Source: an uncultured Gemmatimonadota bacterium (GTDB lineage Bacteria > GCA-2686955). From it: a stretch of DNA of 64,000 nucleotides. The notes beneath the pieces were generated by a model, which did not search any database, had not been told where the DNA came from, and saw nothing but the letters and a program-made list of their open reading frames with translations. Made by a program: the position numbers and the translations under genes. Shown here one piece after another: positions 38,530-48,293 of the stretch; within the stretch, counting starts at the first letter, position 1; every line of letters starts with the position of its first letter. The stretch covers positions 1-64,000 of the forward strand of contig CAZBBK010000019.1 of NCBI GenBank assembly GCA_964490075.1. Reading direction: 5' to 3'.

Positions 38530-39852
38530 ATGACCATGTTGCCCAGGCTCCATCGCGCGTTGCCCTGCGCGCTGATCTCCTGGCTCGCGGCGACGCCGGC
38601 GGCGAGCGAGCTGTTGCACGTTCCCGGCGACCACCCGACCGTGCAGCAAGCGATCGATGCGGCGGGCACGGGCGACCACGTGGTGGTTGCGATCGGCACC
38701 TACCCCGAACCCGGGGTCGACCTCCTGGGCAAGGCGATCACCTTGCGATCCAGCGATCCGGGCGACGCCGCGGTGGTCCGGGGGACGGTGCTCTCGGCCG
38801 CCGGGGGCGACCAGGTGGTGCGCATGGTGTCGGGGGAGTCGGCCACGCTGGCCGGCCTGACCCTGACCGGAGCCGTGGACGGCGGCGTGCTCTGCGGCGC
38901 CGCCACGAACGCCCTCATCCGGCGCTGTCTGATCCGCGGCAACGCGGCCGAGAACGGCGCCGGGCTGCGTTGTGAGCCGGGTGCGTCGGCCACCGTCGTG
39001 GAATGCGCCATCACCGGCAACAGCGCCACTTTCCAGGGTGGAGGCATGCGTCTGGAGGAGGCTGCGCTGACCCTTTCTCGGAGCATCTTGAGCCACAACG
39101 CGGCCGGTCGCGGAGCGGCTCTCTGGTGCATCGAATCGGAGCTCGTCGCCGGCGATCTGAGGGTGGACCAGAACGCGGCATCGGTGCGCGGCGGCGCATT
39201 TCGCTGTGTCGACTCCGACGTGGTGATCGAGCGTTCGCGTTTCGCCGGCAACAGCGCCGTCCGCAACGGCGGGGCGTTGCGCTTCTCGGGCACCGAAGCC
39301 GAGCTGACGGCCTGTCTGTTCACCGGCAACTGGGCGCTCGAGGACGGCGGAGCGGTGTTCTCCTACCTGACGCCGCTCTTTCGCAACTGCATCCTCGCCG
39401 ACAACTGGGCGAGCGACCGCGGCGGCGCGGTGTTCGCCAGCTACACCTCGCACCTGACCTTGCGCAACTGCACGCTGGTCGGCAACCGCGCCGCACAGGG
39501 CGCGGCGGTCTACGGCGTCACCCGATCGGAGACCCGGCTCACCAACTGCGTGATCTGGGATCACGAGGGGCCACTCTTCTCCGGAGTCGCCCCGATCGTG
39601 AGCCACAGCGACGTCGAAGGGGGCTGGCCCGGCACCGGCAATCTGGACGCGGAGCCGCGACTGCGCGACTGGGCCGGCTACACCCAAGCGCTCGGCCAGG
39701 GCTCTGCTTGCATCGATGCCGGGGAGGGAGCGGTCGACGCGCTCGACTGGGGCCTCATCGATGGCCGTTACGACAACGGGTTGGCGCCCGACATGGGCGC
39801 CTACGGAGGCCCCAACGCTGACCAGTGGCTGGACTTCCAGGTTCCAGAATAG
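38530..39852 (+). CDS. Secreted right-handed beta-helix protein with Pmp-like repeats
   Basis: HVPGDHPTVQQAI, GKAITLRS, FxGNxA..GGA, SACIDAG...DMGAYGG. Confidence 0.82.
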   Translation: MTMLPRLHRALPCALISWLAATPAASELLHVPGDHPTVQQAIDAAGTGDHVVVAIGTYPEPGVDLLGKAITLRSSDPGDAAVVRGTVLSAAGGDQVVRMVSGESATLAGLTLTGAVDGGVLCGAATNALIRRCLIRGNAAENGAGLRCEPGASATVVECAITGNSATFQGGGMRLEEAALTLSRSILSHNAAGRGAALWCIESELVAGDLRVDQNAASVRGGAFRCVDSDVVIERSRFAGNSAVRNGGALRFSGTEAELTACLFTGNWALEDGGAVFSYLTPLFRNCILADNWASDRGGAVFASYTSHLTLRNCTLVGNRAAQGAAVYGVTRSETRLTNCVIWDHEGPLFSGVAPIVSHSDVEGGWPGTGNLDAEPRLRDWAGYTQALGQGSACIDAGEGAVDALDWGLIDGRYDNGLAPDMGAYGGPNADQWLDFQVPE

Positions 39853-39942
39853 GCCCTCGTCGAATACCATTCCGCGGTTCGCGAGGTCGAGACGCCACGC
39901 CGCCCGACGCACTCCCCGACCCGTAAGAGGGACAGCCCGGAG

Positions 39943-40170
39943 ATGAACGACGATCCGAAGCGCGGCAGGGCGGTGGGGATGGCCGGTGCTCGAGCATTTG
40001 GCCTGGTGACCCACATCGCGGCGATCATCGCCGGCTTCCTGCTCATGGTCCTGGGACTGGGTCTCGGGGTGACCGTGCTGATGCTGCCGGTGGCCGTGCC
40101 GCTCGGGCTCCTGGGGCTGGGTCTCTTCCTCTGGGGCTGCTTCGAGCGCTTCGACCGCGCGCGGGAATAG
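39943..40170 (+). CDS. Small two-TM membrane protein
   Basis: Two hydrophobic segments, GC-rich third codon positions. Confidence 0.55.
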   Translation: MNDDPKRGRAVGMAGARAFGLVTHIAAIIAGFLLMVLGLGLGVTVLMLPVAVPLGLLGLGLFLWGCFERFDRARE

Positions 40171-40177
40171 TCGGGGT

Positions 40178-40819
40178 CTACTCGAACCCCCGAAACTCGC
40201 CGATCGCGGCGGCGGAGAGCTCGTGCTCCGCCATCCGCTCGATGACCGACCAGGGCAGGGTCAAGTGATGGGCGCCGGCCACCAGCGCCGCGCTGGCCTG
40301 GGCCGGCGACTTGATGCTGGCGGCGATGATCTGGGTCGACGCGCCCAGCGAGTCGATCACCGCGCGCATCGATCGCACCAGGGCCAGACCGTCCCCCAAG
40401 AGGCGGGTGGAACGGTCGACGTAGGGAAGGACGAATTGGGCTCCCACCTGGCAGGCCAGGGCGACCTGCGCGGGGCTGAAGATCGCCGTGATTCCGACGC
40501 TGTGACGGACCTTCAGCTCGGCCGCCAGACCGAAGTTCTCCAGACTTGCCGGGATCTTGAAGCCAACACGGCGCGCCGGATGGCCGATCTTGATCGCCGC
40601 CACCCGCTCCGCCTCAGCGCGCCGCTCGTCGAGGGTTGCGGCATTGAGCTGATGGAACACGGTGCTGCCTGGAAGCGCGTCCGCGAGCCGGGCGATCACC
40701 GCCTCGGGGGGGTCCCCTACCCTCGCCAGCAGCGCCGGATTCGTCGTCACGCCACCGATCAGTCCGAGCTCGGAAGCCCGGCGCACCTCCACGATCGAGG
40801 CGGAGTCGAGCAGCAGCAT
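40178..40819 (-). CDS. Transaldolase / fructose-6-phosphate aldolase family
   Basis: LLDSA, GVTTNP, FKIP, TAIFS, PYVDR, AASIK; TAATG-coupled to the upstream gene. Confidence 0.9.
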   Translation of the reverse strand: MLLLDSASIVEVRRASELGLIGGVTTNPALLARVGDPPEAVIARLADALPGSTVFHQLNAATLDERRAEAERVAAIKIGHPARRVGFKIPASLENFGLAAELKVRHSVGITAIFSPAQVALACQVGAQFVLPYVDRSTRLLGDGLALVRSMRAVIDSLGASTQIIAASIKSPAQASAALVAGAHHLTLPWSVIERMAEHELSAAAIGEFRGFE

Positions 40820-41652
40820 TAGCGCCGCGCTTCGCTCGCTTCGGGAAGGGTCGCCTTGATCGAGAACATCAAAGGCACCGAACCCATGTGCTTGGGCAGC
40901 TGCCACCACCCTCTCTCGACCTCCACCATGGTCGGCAGGGCCTGGTAGCAACAGCGATCGTACTCGCGCACTTCGTCGATCCTCAGGCCGGCACTGATCA
41001 GTGCCTGCAACACATCGCTGAAGCTGTGACACCATTCGTAGGCGACCTTGTTCTCGATGGTGGTCTCTCCGTCGGAGGCGTAGCTTTCGTTCTCCACGAA
41101 GCGCAAGGGCTCAGGCTGCGCGAAGTAGGGGTAGCGTACTTTCAGTGACTCGGTGTTCGGCTCGTCGTCGAATACGAACAGGAAGGGATGGAACTCGGCC
41201 ATGAAGAACCGGCCGCCGGGCTTCAGGTAGCGGGCGATGATCTGTCCCCACTTCTCCAGGTCCTCCAGCCAGGACAGAACTCCGTAGCTGGTGAAGACGG
41301 TGTCGAAGCGGCGGTCCAGTCGGTAGGGGAGATCGTAGAGATCGCAGCACAAGAAGTCGGCCGTGAGATCCTCTTCCTGCGCCAAGGCCTCGGCCAGCTC
41401 GATCGCCTTCGGGGCGAAGTCGACGCCCATCACTTCGGCGCCCAGGCGCGCGAAGGAGAGCGATCCCAGGCCGAAATGGCATTGCAGGTGCAGCAGCGAC
41501 TTGCCCAGTACGTGTCCTACTCCCTTGATCTCGATCTCGTCCAGCGAGCTGCGTCCGCGCTTGAAGGCATCCAGGTCATAGAACTTGGAGCCCACGTGGA
41601 CCGCGACCAGCTCGTCCCAGCGCGCTCGATTGGCTCTGCGAAAGTCGTCCAT
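40819..41652 (-). CDS. Class I SAM-dependent methyltransferase
   Basis: LLHLQCHFG, GVDF, FDTVFTSYG, LKPGG. Confidence 0.9.
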   Translation of the reverse strand: MDDFRRANRARWDELVAVHVGSKFYDLDAFKRGRSSLDEIEIKGVGHVLGKSLLHLQCHFGLGSLSFARLGAEVMGVDFAPKAIELAEALAQEEDLTADFLCCDLYDLPYRLDRRFDTVFTSYGVLSWLEDLEKWGQIIARYLKPGGRFFMAEFHPFLFVFDDEPNTESLKVRYPYFAQPEPLRFVENESYASDGETTIENKVAYEWCHSFSDVLQALISAGLRIDEVREYDRCCYQALPTMVEVERGWWQLPKHMGSVPLMFSIKATLPEASEARR

Positions 41653-41721
41653 CGACTGCTCCTTTTTCTCAGGAGTCCGCCGCGATCGCCGCCCACGACG
41701 CGACACTGCCCCCCGGCCGCA

Positions 41722-43005
41722 CTAGTTCATGGCACTGGAATCTCGGCGCCAGATCTCGGTGCCCCCCACGGGCAGCAGGCAGAAGAAACACTGGGCCGTT
41801 CCGATGTGGAGATCCCCCTGGAAGGGTTCCAGGGAGCGGAATCCGTAGTTGTTGCGATCCAGGAACCCTGGTGGCGACAGAGTTCCCAGCAGTCCGACCT
41901 CGCGAACCCAGCGCGTCCCATCCGCCGTTCGGTAGAGCGACGCACCATGGTGGAAGGGGTCGATCAGGCCCATGACGAAAGTGCCCAGGTACAGCTCGCC
42001 CTCGTGCACTTCCATGTCCCAGGCGTACTTGGCGCGGAAGTCGCCGAACCCGGAGCGCCCGACCCGTTGCCAGCTGCGCCCGCGGTCCTCGGTCCTGAAG
42101 ACCGTGAAGCCCGAAACGAAGTTCGCGGTGCCGACGTAGAGCGCGCCGCGAAACTCGACCATCGACATGATCCCGGCGCTCAGCGGGTCGCCGAAGCCGG
42201 CGGGAGTGTCGGCCTCGGGGCCTACCACTTGGTGCCAGCGCACTCCGTCGTTGCGGTAGACCTGGCAGCCTTTTGGGTTCCAGGTGCCGGCGTAGAGCTC
42301 GCTGCGGTGCCCGAGGAGCGTGCTGACGCTGAAGTTCCAGGGGTCGCCGAAACCGGGCAAGGCGTGCGGCAGCCAGAGGGCCCCGGCGGTGGAGTAGACC
42401 TGACCACCGATCGGGCTCGACACGCCGACGTAGAGGCGCTTCCTCCAGACCGTCATGCCGCGCACCGAGGTGTTGAGCGGATTGAAGAAGCCATCGCGCC
42501 CGAACTGCTCCCAGCGCCGGCCGTCGCGGCTGCGCCAGACCTCGCAGCCGGTGTCGGGGTTGAGGGTGCCAGCGTAGAGCCGCCCGTCGAAGACCGCCAT
42601 GTTGCGGATCCCGACGTTGCCGACATCGCCGAAGCCGCGCTCGGCGACCTGCTCCCAGGACTGCCCGTCGTAGCGCCAGAGCTCGGCGCCCTCGCTGACG
42701 AAGCGGGCAAAGTCGGGGATTTCGGGGAGGTCGATCGCGGACCGATTCCGCGCGGCGCCGGCCCAGTCCTCGAAGGGCAGCCCGAGGGTGCTGTTCAGGG
42801 TGCCGACGTAGAGATGATCGCCGAAGGCCTTCATGCTGAAGGCGTAGCGATTGTCGTGGCCGCCGAAGCCGTCCTCGTTGACCTGCTCCAGATCGTGGAT
42901 CAGACCCCCGGGGGCGGCGCCCAGGGCGGAACCCGGGCCACAGGTCGCCGCGCCGATGGCGGCGATCGCGAGGATTCGGGCAGGCTTGGGAAGGGAGTCG
43001 AGCAT
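41722..43005 (-). CDS. Secreted beta-propeller repeat protein
   Basis: About 7 repeats GFG...N...M..F...LY.GT.N...G..VW/YR..DG..W. Confidence 0.8.
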   Translation of the reverse strand: MLDSLPKPARILAIAAIGAATCGPGSALGAAPGGLIHDLEQVNEDGFGGHDNRYAFSMKAFGDHLYVGTLNSTLGLPFEDWAGAARNRSAIDLPEIPDFARFVSEGAELWRYDGQSWEQVAERGFGDVGNVGIRNMAVFDGRLYAGTLNPDTGCEVWRSRDGRRWEQFGRDGFFNPLNTSVRGMTVWRKRLYVGVSSPIGGQVYSTAGALWLPHALPGFGDPWNFSVSTLLGHRSELYAGTWNPKGCQVYRNDGVRWHQVVGPEADTPAGFGDPLSAGIMSMVEFRGALYVGTANFVSGFTVFRTEDRGRSWQRVGRSGFGDFRAKYAWDMEVHEGELYLGTFVMGLIDPFHHGASLYRTADGTRWVREVGLLGTLSPPGFLDRNNYGFRSLEPFQGDLHIGTAQCFFCLLPVGGTEIWRRDSSAMN

Positions 43006-43168
43006 GAGGGCTCTGGGCTGTCTGACCTGGGTCGGGGCGTCGGACCGAAGCTGGGTCCATGATAGTGTAATCCACTGCGCGCCCGCGCACGGACGCTCAG
43101 TGGAACGCCCCCGGAGGTTACCTTATGAGGGCTGGTGGGAGCCGCCCCGTTCCGTCCAGGAGATCCCC

Positions 43169-44833
43169 GTGAGATTCCACACTTTGGTCTTCGCGCTGCT
43201 GCCGCTGGGCGTGGCGCCCGTGGCCCACTCCTCGGAGCTTGGCGTCGCTCCCCACGAGCACCCCGAGTACGTGCTGTTGAGCTTCGCCCCGCACAGCGGC
43301 GTCGCCGCGCTCGATCGGCACTTCGTCGGCCCCGATGCCGCCGTCCTGGCGCCCATCAACGAGCTGCTCGCGAGCCTGCCGGTCGCGGCGCTGCGCAGCC
43401 TGATCCCCCAGGCGCGGCGCGAGGAGCTGGGCTCAGCCATGAGCGCGGCCGAGAGGGCCCACCCGGAACGCGCCATCGATCTGAGCCGCCACTTCGTGAT
43501 CGAGCTCGAGGGCGGAGTCGATGGACGGGACGTGGCGGCGCTTCTGCGCGCCGCGGCGCGGGTCGAGCGCGCCGCGATCTCGCGCGCCTACCCGCCGCCG
43601 GGGCCCTGCCTCGCGCCGACCGACCCCAAGGCGATCGACCGCATCGCCGAGGGACAGTGGTACTTGTTCCGCACCGAGCACGATCGGGCCTGGGCCGACG
43701 CCTGCGGTGAGGGCGTGGTGATCGCCGACTGCGACGCCGGATACGAGACCGGGCACTGGGAGCTCGACGACAATTTTCTCTACGATCTGCGCGAGGATTT
43801 CGCCGATCTCGACGCGCCGCTCGACGTCGACGACGGCGTCTATCGCTACCACGGCACCGCGGTGACCGGGATCATGTCGGCGGAATCCAACGGCATGGAG
43901 ATAGCCGGCGGGGCCCATGAGTCGAAAGTGATTCCGCTGCAGTACTACAACTACGATTTCACCGACGACGTGTCGTTCGAAGAGGGTGTCGCGAACTGCG
44001 TCGCCGGCGCGATTCTGAGAGATCCCGACATCATCGTGCTCGAAGCGCAGTACGGCGGCTCGGCCGAGCGCATTCCCGGTGTCTCCGACCTGGTGACGGG
44101 TGCGGTGGCATCGGGCATCCACGTGGTGGCGGCCGGTGGCAACTACTCCACCCTGCTCGATTTCGAGCTCAGCAACTTCACCGGCAGCGTGATCGTCGGT
44201 GCGCTCGATCGTTATGACGACAGTGCGTCGTTCACCAACTACGGACCGCGCGTCGATGTCGCTGCCGCCGGGGAGTCGGAGTACACCACCACGGTGGGCG
44301 GCTTCACCGACAGTTTCGGCGGCACCTCGGGCGCCACGCCGGTGGCGGTGGGGGCGGTCGCGAACATCGTTCAGCTCGCCCCCTCGGCGACCCCCGGAGA
44401 GGTGCGCCTGGCGCTGCGCAACACCTCGCATCCTCTCGACACCTATCGCGAGGTGGGGGGGATGGTCAACGCGCACGGGGCGCTGCACGCGGTGGTCGGG
44501 GATCATCCGACCGTCTCGCTCTATCCTGAGCAGATGTCCGCGCGCCGCGGAACCACCACCAGTTTCGATGTCAACCTGCACAACGGCCTGGCACTGCAGC
44601 AGCAGGTCGTGATTCGTGTCGACCTCTATCTGCCGGACGGCTCCCCGCATCCGGGCAACCCCTTCCTGGGGCCGCGGACCGCCGCGCTGGGCGCCGGGGA
44701 GACCATCCATGTGGAGCTCTCGGTGGACGTTCCGGCCGGCGCGCCAGTGGGCGAGTACCGCGCGGCGACGGTGATGGACACCGCACTCGGAGCCGAGATC
44801 GATCGAGACGATTTGTTGGCCACCGTGGATTGA
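43169..44833 (+). CDS. Secreted S8 serine peptidase with C-terminal Ig-like domain
   Basis: ADCDAG, YHGTAV, AAGGN, GGTSGATP (full triad); GTG start after GGAG. Confidence 0.88.
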   Translation: MRFHTLVFALLPLGVAPVAHSSELGVAPHEHPEYVLLSFAPHSGVAALDRHFVGPDAAVLAPINELLASLPVAALRSLIPQARREELGSAMSAAERAHPERAIDLSRHFVIELEGGVDGRDVAALLRAAARVERAAISRAYPPPGPCLAPTDPKAIDRIAEGQWYLFRTEHDRAWADACGEGVVIADCDAGYETGHWELDDNFLYDLREDFADLDAPLDVDDGVYRYHGTAVTGIMSAESNGMEIAGGAHESKVIPLQYYNYDFTDDVSFEEGVANCVAGAILRDPDIIVLEAQYGGSAERIPGVSDLVTGAVASGIHVVAAGGNYSTLLDFELSNFTGSVIVGALDRYDDSASFTNYGPRVDVAAAGESEYTTTVGGFTDSFGGTSGATPVAVGAVANIVQLAPSATPGEVRLALRNTSHPLDTYREVGGMVNAHGALHAVVGDHPTVSLYPEQMSARRGTTTSFDVNLHNGLALQQQVVIRVDLYLPDGSPHPGNPFLGPRTAALGAGETIHVELSVDVPAGAPVGEYRAATVMDTALGAEIDRDDLLATVD

Positions 44834-44834
44834 C

Positions 44835-45581
44835 TCAGCGCCGCCACGCCCGCCGCCGCCGGTGCTCGTCGCTCTCGAAGCGCCGGATCAGCACCAGTCC
44901 GGCCACGAAGCCGCCGATGTGGGCCATCACCGCGACACCGCCGGTGGCGGCCTGCACCCCGGCCAGCACCGGCATCGCCCCGAGCAGCTGCAGCGCGAAC
45001 CACCAGATCAGCACCAGCCAGGCCGGCAGCGGGATCACCCGGATGAAGATCACGAAGATGAAGAGCATGTTCACCCGCGCCCGCGGATAGAGCACCAGGT
45101 AGGCCCCCATCACCCCCGAAATCGCCCCCGAGGCCCCCACCATCGGTACCGGCGAGGCCGGATCGAGGGCTACCTGGGCGAAGGCCGCCGCCAGTCCGCA
45201 GACCAGGTAGAAGAGTACGAAGCGCAAATGCCCCACCGCGTCCTCGATGTTGTTGCCGAATACCCAGAAGAAGAGCATGTTGCCGAGCAGGTGGGTCCAG
45301 CCGCCATGCAGGAACATCGAGGTGAAAGGGGTGAGGGCGTTGATCGGCTCGTGGTCGACCACGCAGGCCATGCCCCGTCCCAGCGGCACCGCGGTGCCGA
45401 CCTCCGCCAGACCGGTGAGCTCCCCCGCCACCAACCCCAGGTTGCAGACGCTGGCGGCCAGCAGGAAGGGATCGAAGCCGGCGCCCTGCACCACGATCCA
45501 GGTCGCGGCGATGGCGGCCAGGATCAGGTAGGTCACGAAGGGCGTGCGTCGGGTCGGGTTCTCGTCGCTGATCGGGATCAT
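44835..45581 (-). CDS. Rhomboid intramembrane serine protease
   Basis: MIPISDENP, SMFLHGG..HLLGNM, VGASGAISG, AHIGGF. Confidence 0.93.
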   Translation of the reverse strand: MIPISDENPTRRTPFVTYLILAAIAATWIVVQGAGFDPFLLAASVCNLGLVAGELTGLAEVGTAVPLGRGMACVVDHEPINALTPFTSMFLHGGWTHLLGNMLFFWVFGNNIEDAVGHLRFVLFYLVCGLAAAFAQVALDPASPVPMVGASGAISGVMGAYLVLYPRARVNMLFIFVIFIRVIPLPAWLVLIWWFALQLLGAMPVLAGVQAATGGVAVMAHIGGFVAGLVLIRRFESDEHRRRRAWRR

Positions 45582-45684
45582 CGAGTCCGTCCACTCACAA
45601 TCCCCTATGCTAGCGCTTTCCCGCTCGCGGGCGTCGCGCCGCGCCGCCGATTCGACCCTCCATCCCATCCCCAAGTCCCCACCC

Positions 45685-48279
45685 ATGTCACCGACTCCGG
45701 AACCGCTCCCCAAGAAGCTGAAGACCGCCGAGATCGAGGCCCGGCAGGTGGCCCGCTGGAAGCGTCAGGGCACCTACCGCTACGATCCCGAAGGGCCCAG
45801 GGAAGAGACCTTTTCGATCGATACCCCACCTCCAACGGTGTCCGGATCGCTGCACGTGGGCCACGTGTTCAGCTACACCCACACCGACCTGGCCGCGCGC
45901 TTTCAGCGCATGCGCGGCCGCAACGTCTTCTACCCCATGGGCTGGGACGACAACGGCCTGCCCACCGAGCGACGGGTGCAGAACTTCCACAACGTGCGCT
46001 GCGAGCCGCACGTCCCCTTTGATGCCTCGTTTCGGCCCGATTCCAAGGCCAAGCGTCCGATCCCCATCAGCCGCCGCAACTTCATCGAGCTCTGCCACGA
46101 CGTCACCCAGGCCGACGAGCGGGCCTTCGAGGAGCTCTGGAGCCGTCTCGGTCTGTCGGTCGATTGGACCCAGACCTACGCCACCATCGACGACCACTGC
46201 CGGCGCATCTCGCAGCTCGACTTCGTCGAGCTGATGCGCAAGGGAGAGATCTACTCGTCCGACGCCCCCTCGATGTGGGACGTCGATTTCCAGACCGCCG
46301 TGGCTCAGGCCGAGGTCGAGGATCGTGAGGTGCAGGGGTTGCAGTTTCGGCTCCGCTTCGGGATCGAAGGCGGCGGCACCCTGCCGATCATGACCACCCG
46401 TCCGGAGCTCTTGGCCGCCTGCGTAGCGGTGGTCGTCCATCCCGACGATTCCCGCTTCGCGAAGCTCCACGGCGCCCGCGCCATCACCCCGGCCTTCCAC
46501 GTGCCGGTGCCGATCCTCACCCATACGCTGGCCGACCCCGAGAAGGGCAGTGGCGCGGTCATGGTCTGCACCTACGGCGACGCCACCGACGTCACCTGGC
46601 AGAAGGAGCTCGGCCTGCCCGCGCGGGTGATTCTGGGGCGCTCGGGGCGCCTGGTCGCCATCGACTGGGGCTCCCCCGGCTGGCAGTCGGCCGACGCCGA
46701 GGCCGCCGCGCGCTGCTACGCCCGCATCGAAGGCAAGAACGCGCGCCAGGCCAAGCGCGAGATGGCCGAGCTGCTCGCCGACCCCGCCTGCGCCGCCGAC
46801 GGCAGCACCCATCCGCCGCTGGAAGGAGAGCCGCAGCCGACCACCCAGCCGGTCAAGCACTACGAGAAGGGCGAACGCCCTTTGGAGATCATTCCGACCC
46901 GCCAGTGGTTCGTGCGCCTGCTCGACAAGAAGGAGCTGTTGCTGGCCCAGGGCGCCGAGGTGCGCTGGCATCCGGCCTTCATGCGCACTCGCTACGACCA
47001 CTGGGTGGAAGGGCTCAAATACGATTGGTGCGTCAGCCGCCAGCGCTACTTCGGGGTGCCGATTCCGCTCTGGTACCGCCTCGACGACGAGGGCAACCCG
47101 CTCTCCGGCCAACCGATCGTCCCCGACCCCGCCGCCCTGCCCCTCGACCCGATGACCGACACTCCCCCCGGCTTCGATCCCGAGGCGCGGGATCGTCCCG
47201 GCGGCTTCTGCGGAGAGGCCGACGTCCTCGATACCTGGATGACCTCTTCCCTCACCCCGCAGATCGCCTGCGGCCACCGTCACGACGACGCCAAGTTCGA
47301 GCGCACCTACCCGATGGACGTGCGCCCGCAGGCCCACGAGATCATCCGCACCTGGGCCTTCTACACCATCGCCCGTGCCGCCATGCTCGACGGTCGCATC
47401 CCGTGGAAGAACGCCGTCATCTCCGGCTGGGTGCTCGATCCCGATCGCAAGAAAATGTCGAAGTCGAAGGGCAACGTGGTGACCCCGATCGGGCTGCTCG
47501 AGCAATACGGCTCCGATGCCGCCCGCTACTGGTCGGCGCGCGCTCGGCTGGGCACCGACACCGCCTACGACGAGTCGGTGATGAAGACCGGCAAGCGCCT
47601 GGTCACCAAGATCTTCAACGCCGGCAAGCTGGTCGTCGGCCGGCTGCGCGAGGCCGGCTGCGTCCCCGGCGAGCTGGGCGTGGCAGACGCCACCCATCCG
47701 CTCGATCGCAGTGCGCTGGCCACCCTGGTGCCGGTGATCGAGAAGGCCACGGGCGATTTCGAGGTCTTCGAGAGCGCGCTGGTGCTGGAAGCGACCGAGG
47801 CCTGGTTCTGGGGCATCTTCACCGACAACTACCTGGAGCTGGCCAAGGAGCGCGCCTACGCCGGCGATCGCTCGGCGCTGGCCGGCTGGTCGGTCGGGCT
47901 CGAAGTGGTGCTGCGCCTCTTCGCACCCTTCCTGCCCTTCATCAGCGAAGAGGTCTGGGGCTGGCATTTCGGCGCCGAGGGCGATTCGATCCACCGCGCG
48001 GCCTGGCCCAGCGCAGCCGAGCTGGGCTGTGATGCGGACCAGGCGGGACTCTTCACCGACGCGGTCGAAGTGCTCGCCGCCGTGCGGCGGATCAAGAGCG
48101 AGCGCAACCAGTCGATCCGCGTAGAGGTGCCGGCGATCGAGGTGTGCGGTCCCGCGTCGCGGCTGGCCACGCTGGGCGCCGCCGAGGGCGATCTGCTCGC
48201 CGCCACCGCCGCCGCCGAGCTGCGCACCGAGGCGCTCGATGGTGAGGGCAATGGGCTCGAGGTCGCGCTTCCCGTCTGA
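45685..48279 (+). CDS. valS: Valine--tRNA ligase, short type lacking the C-terminal coiled coil
   Basis: IDTPPPTVSG.LHVGH, GWDDNGLP, SRQR, DTW..S, KMSKS. Confidence 0.96.
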   Translation: MSPTPEPLPKKLKTAEIEARQVARWKRQGTYRYDPEGPREETFSIDTPPPTVSGSLHVGHVFSYTHTDLAARFQRMRGRNVFYPMGWDDNGLPTERRVQNFHNVRCEPHVPFDASFRPDSKAKRPIPISRRNFIELCHDVTQADERAFEELWSRLGLSVDWTQTYATIDDHCRRISQLDFVELMRKGEIYSSDAPSMWDVDFQTAVAQAEVEDREVQGLQFRLRFGIEGGGTLPIMTTRPELLAACVAVVVHPDDSRFAKLHGARAITPAFHVPVPILTHTLADPEKGSGAVMVCTYGDATDVTWQKELGLPARVILGRSGRLVAIDWGSPGWQSADAEAAARCYARIEGKNARQAKREMAELLADPACAADGSTHPPLEGEPQPTTQPVKHYEKGERPLEIIPTRQWFVRLLDKKELLLAQGAEVRWHPAFMRTRYDHWVEGLKYDWCVSRQRYFGVPIPLWYRLDDEGNPLSGQPIVPDPAALPLDPMTDTPPGFDPEARDRPGGFCGEADVLDTWMTSSLTPQIACGHRHDDAKFERTYPMDVRPQAHEIIRTWAFYTIARAAMLDGRIPWKNAVISGWVLDPDRKKMSKSKGNVVTPIGLLEQYGSDAARYWSARARLGTDTAYDESVMKTGKRLVTKIFNAGKLVVGRLREAGCVPGELGVADATHPLDRSALATLVPVIEKATGDFEVFESALVLEATEAWFWGIFTDNYLELAKERAYAGDRSALAGWSVGLEVVLRLFAPFLPFISEEVWGWHFGAEGDSIHRAAWPSAAELGCDADQAGLFTDAVEVLAAVRRIKSERNQSIRVEVPAIEVCGPASRLATLGAAEGDLLAATAAAELRTEALDGEGNGLEVALPV

Positions 48280-48293
48280 TCCTGGAGACCCAG

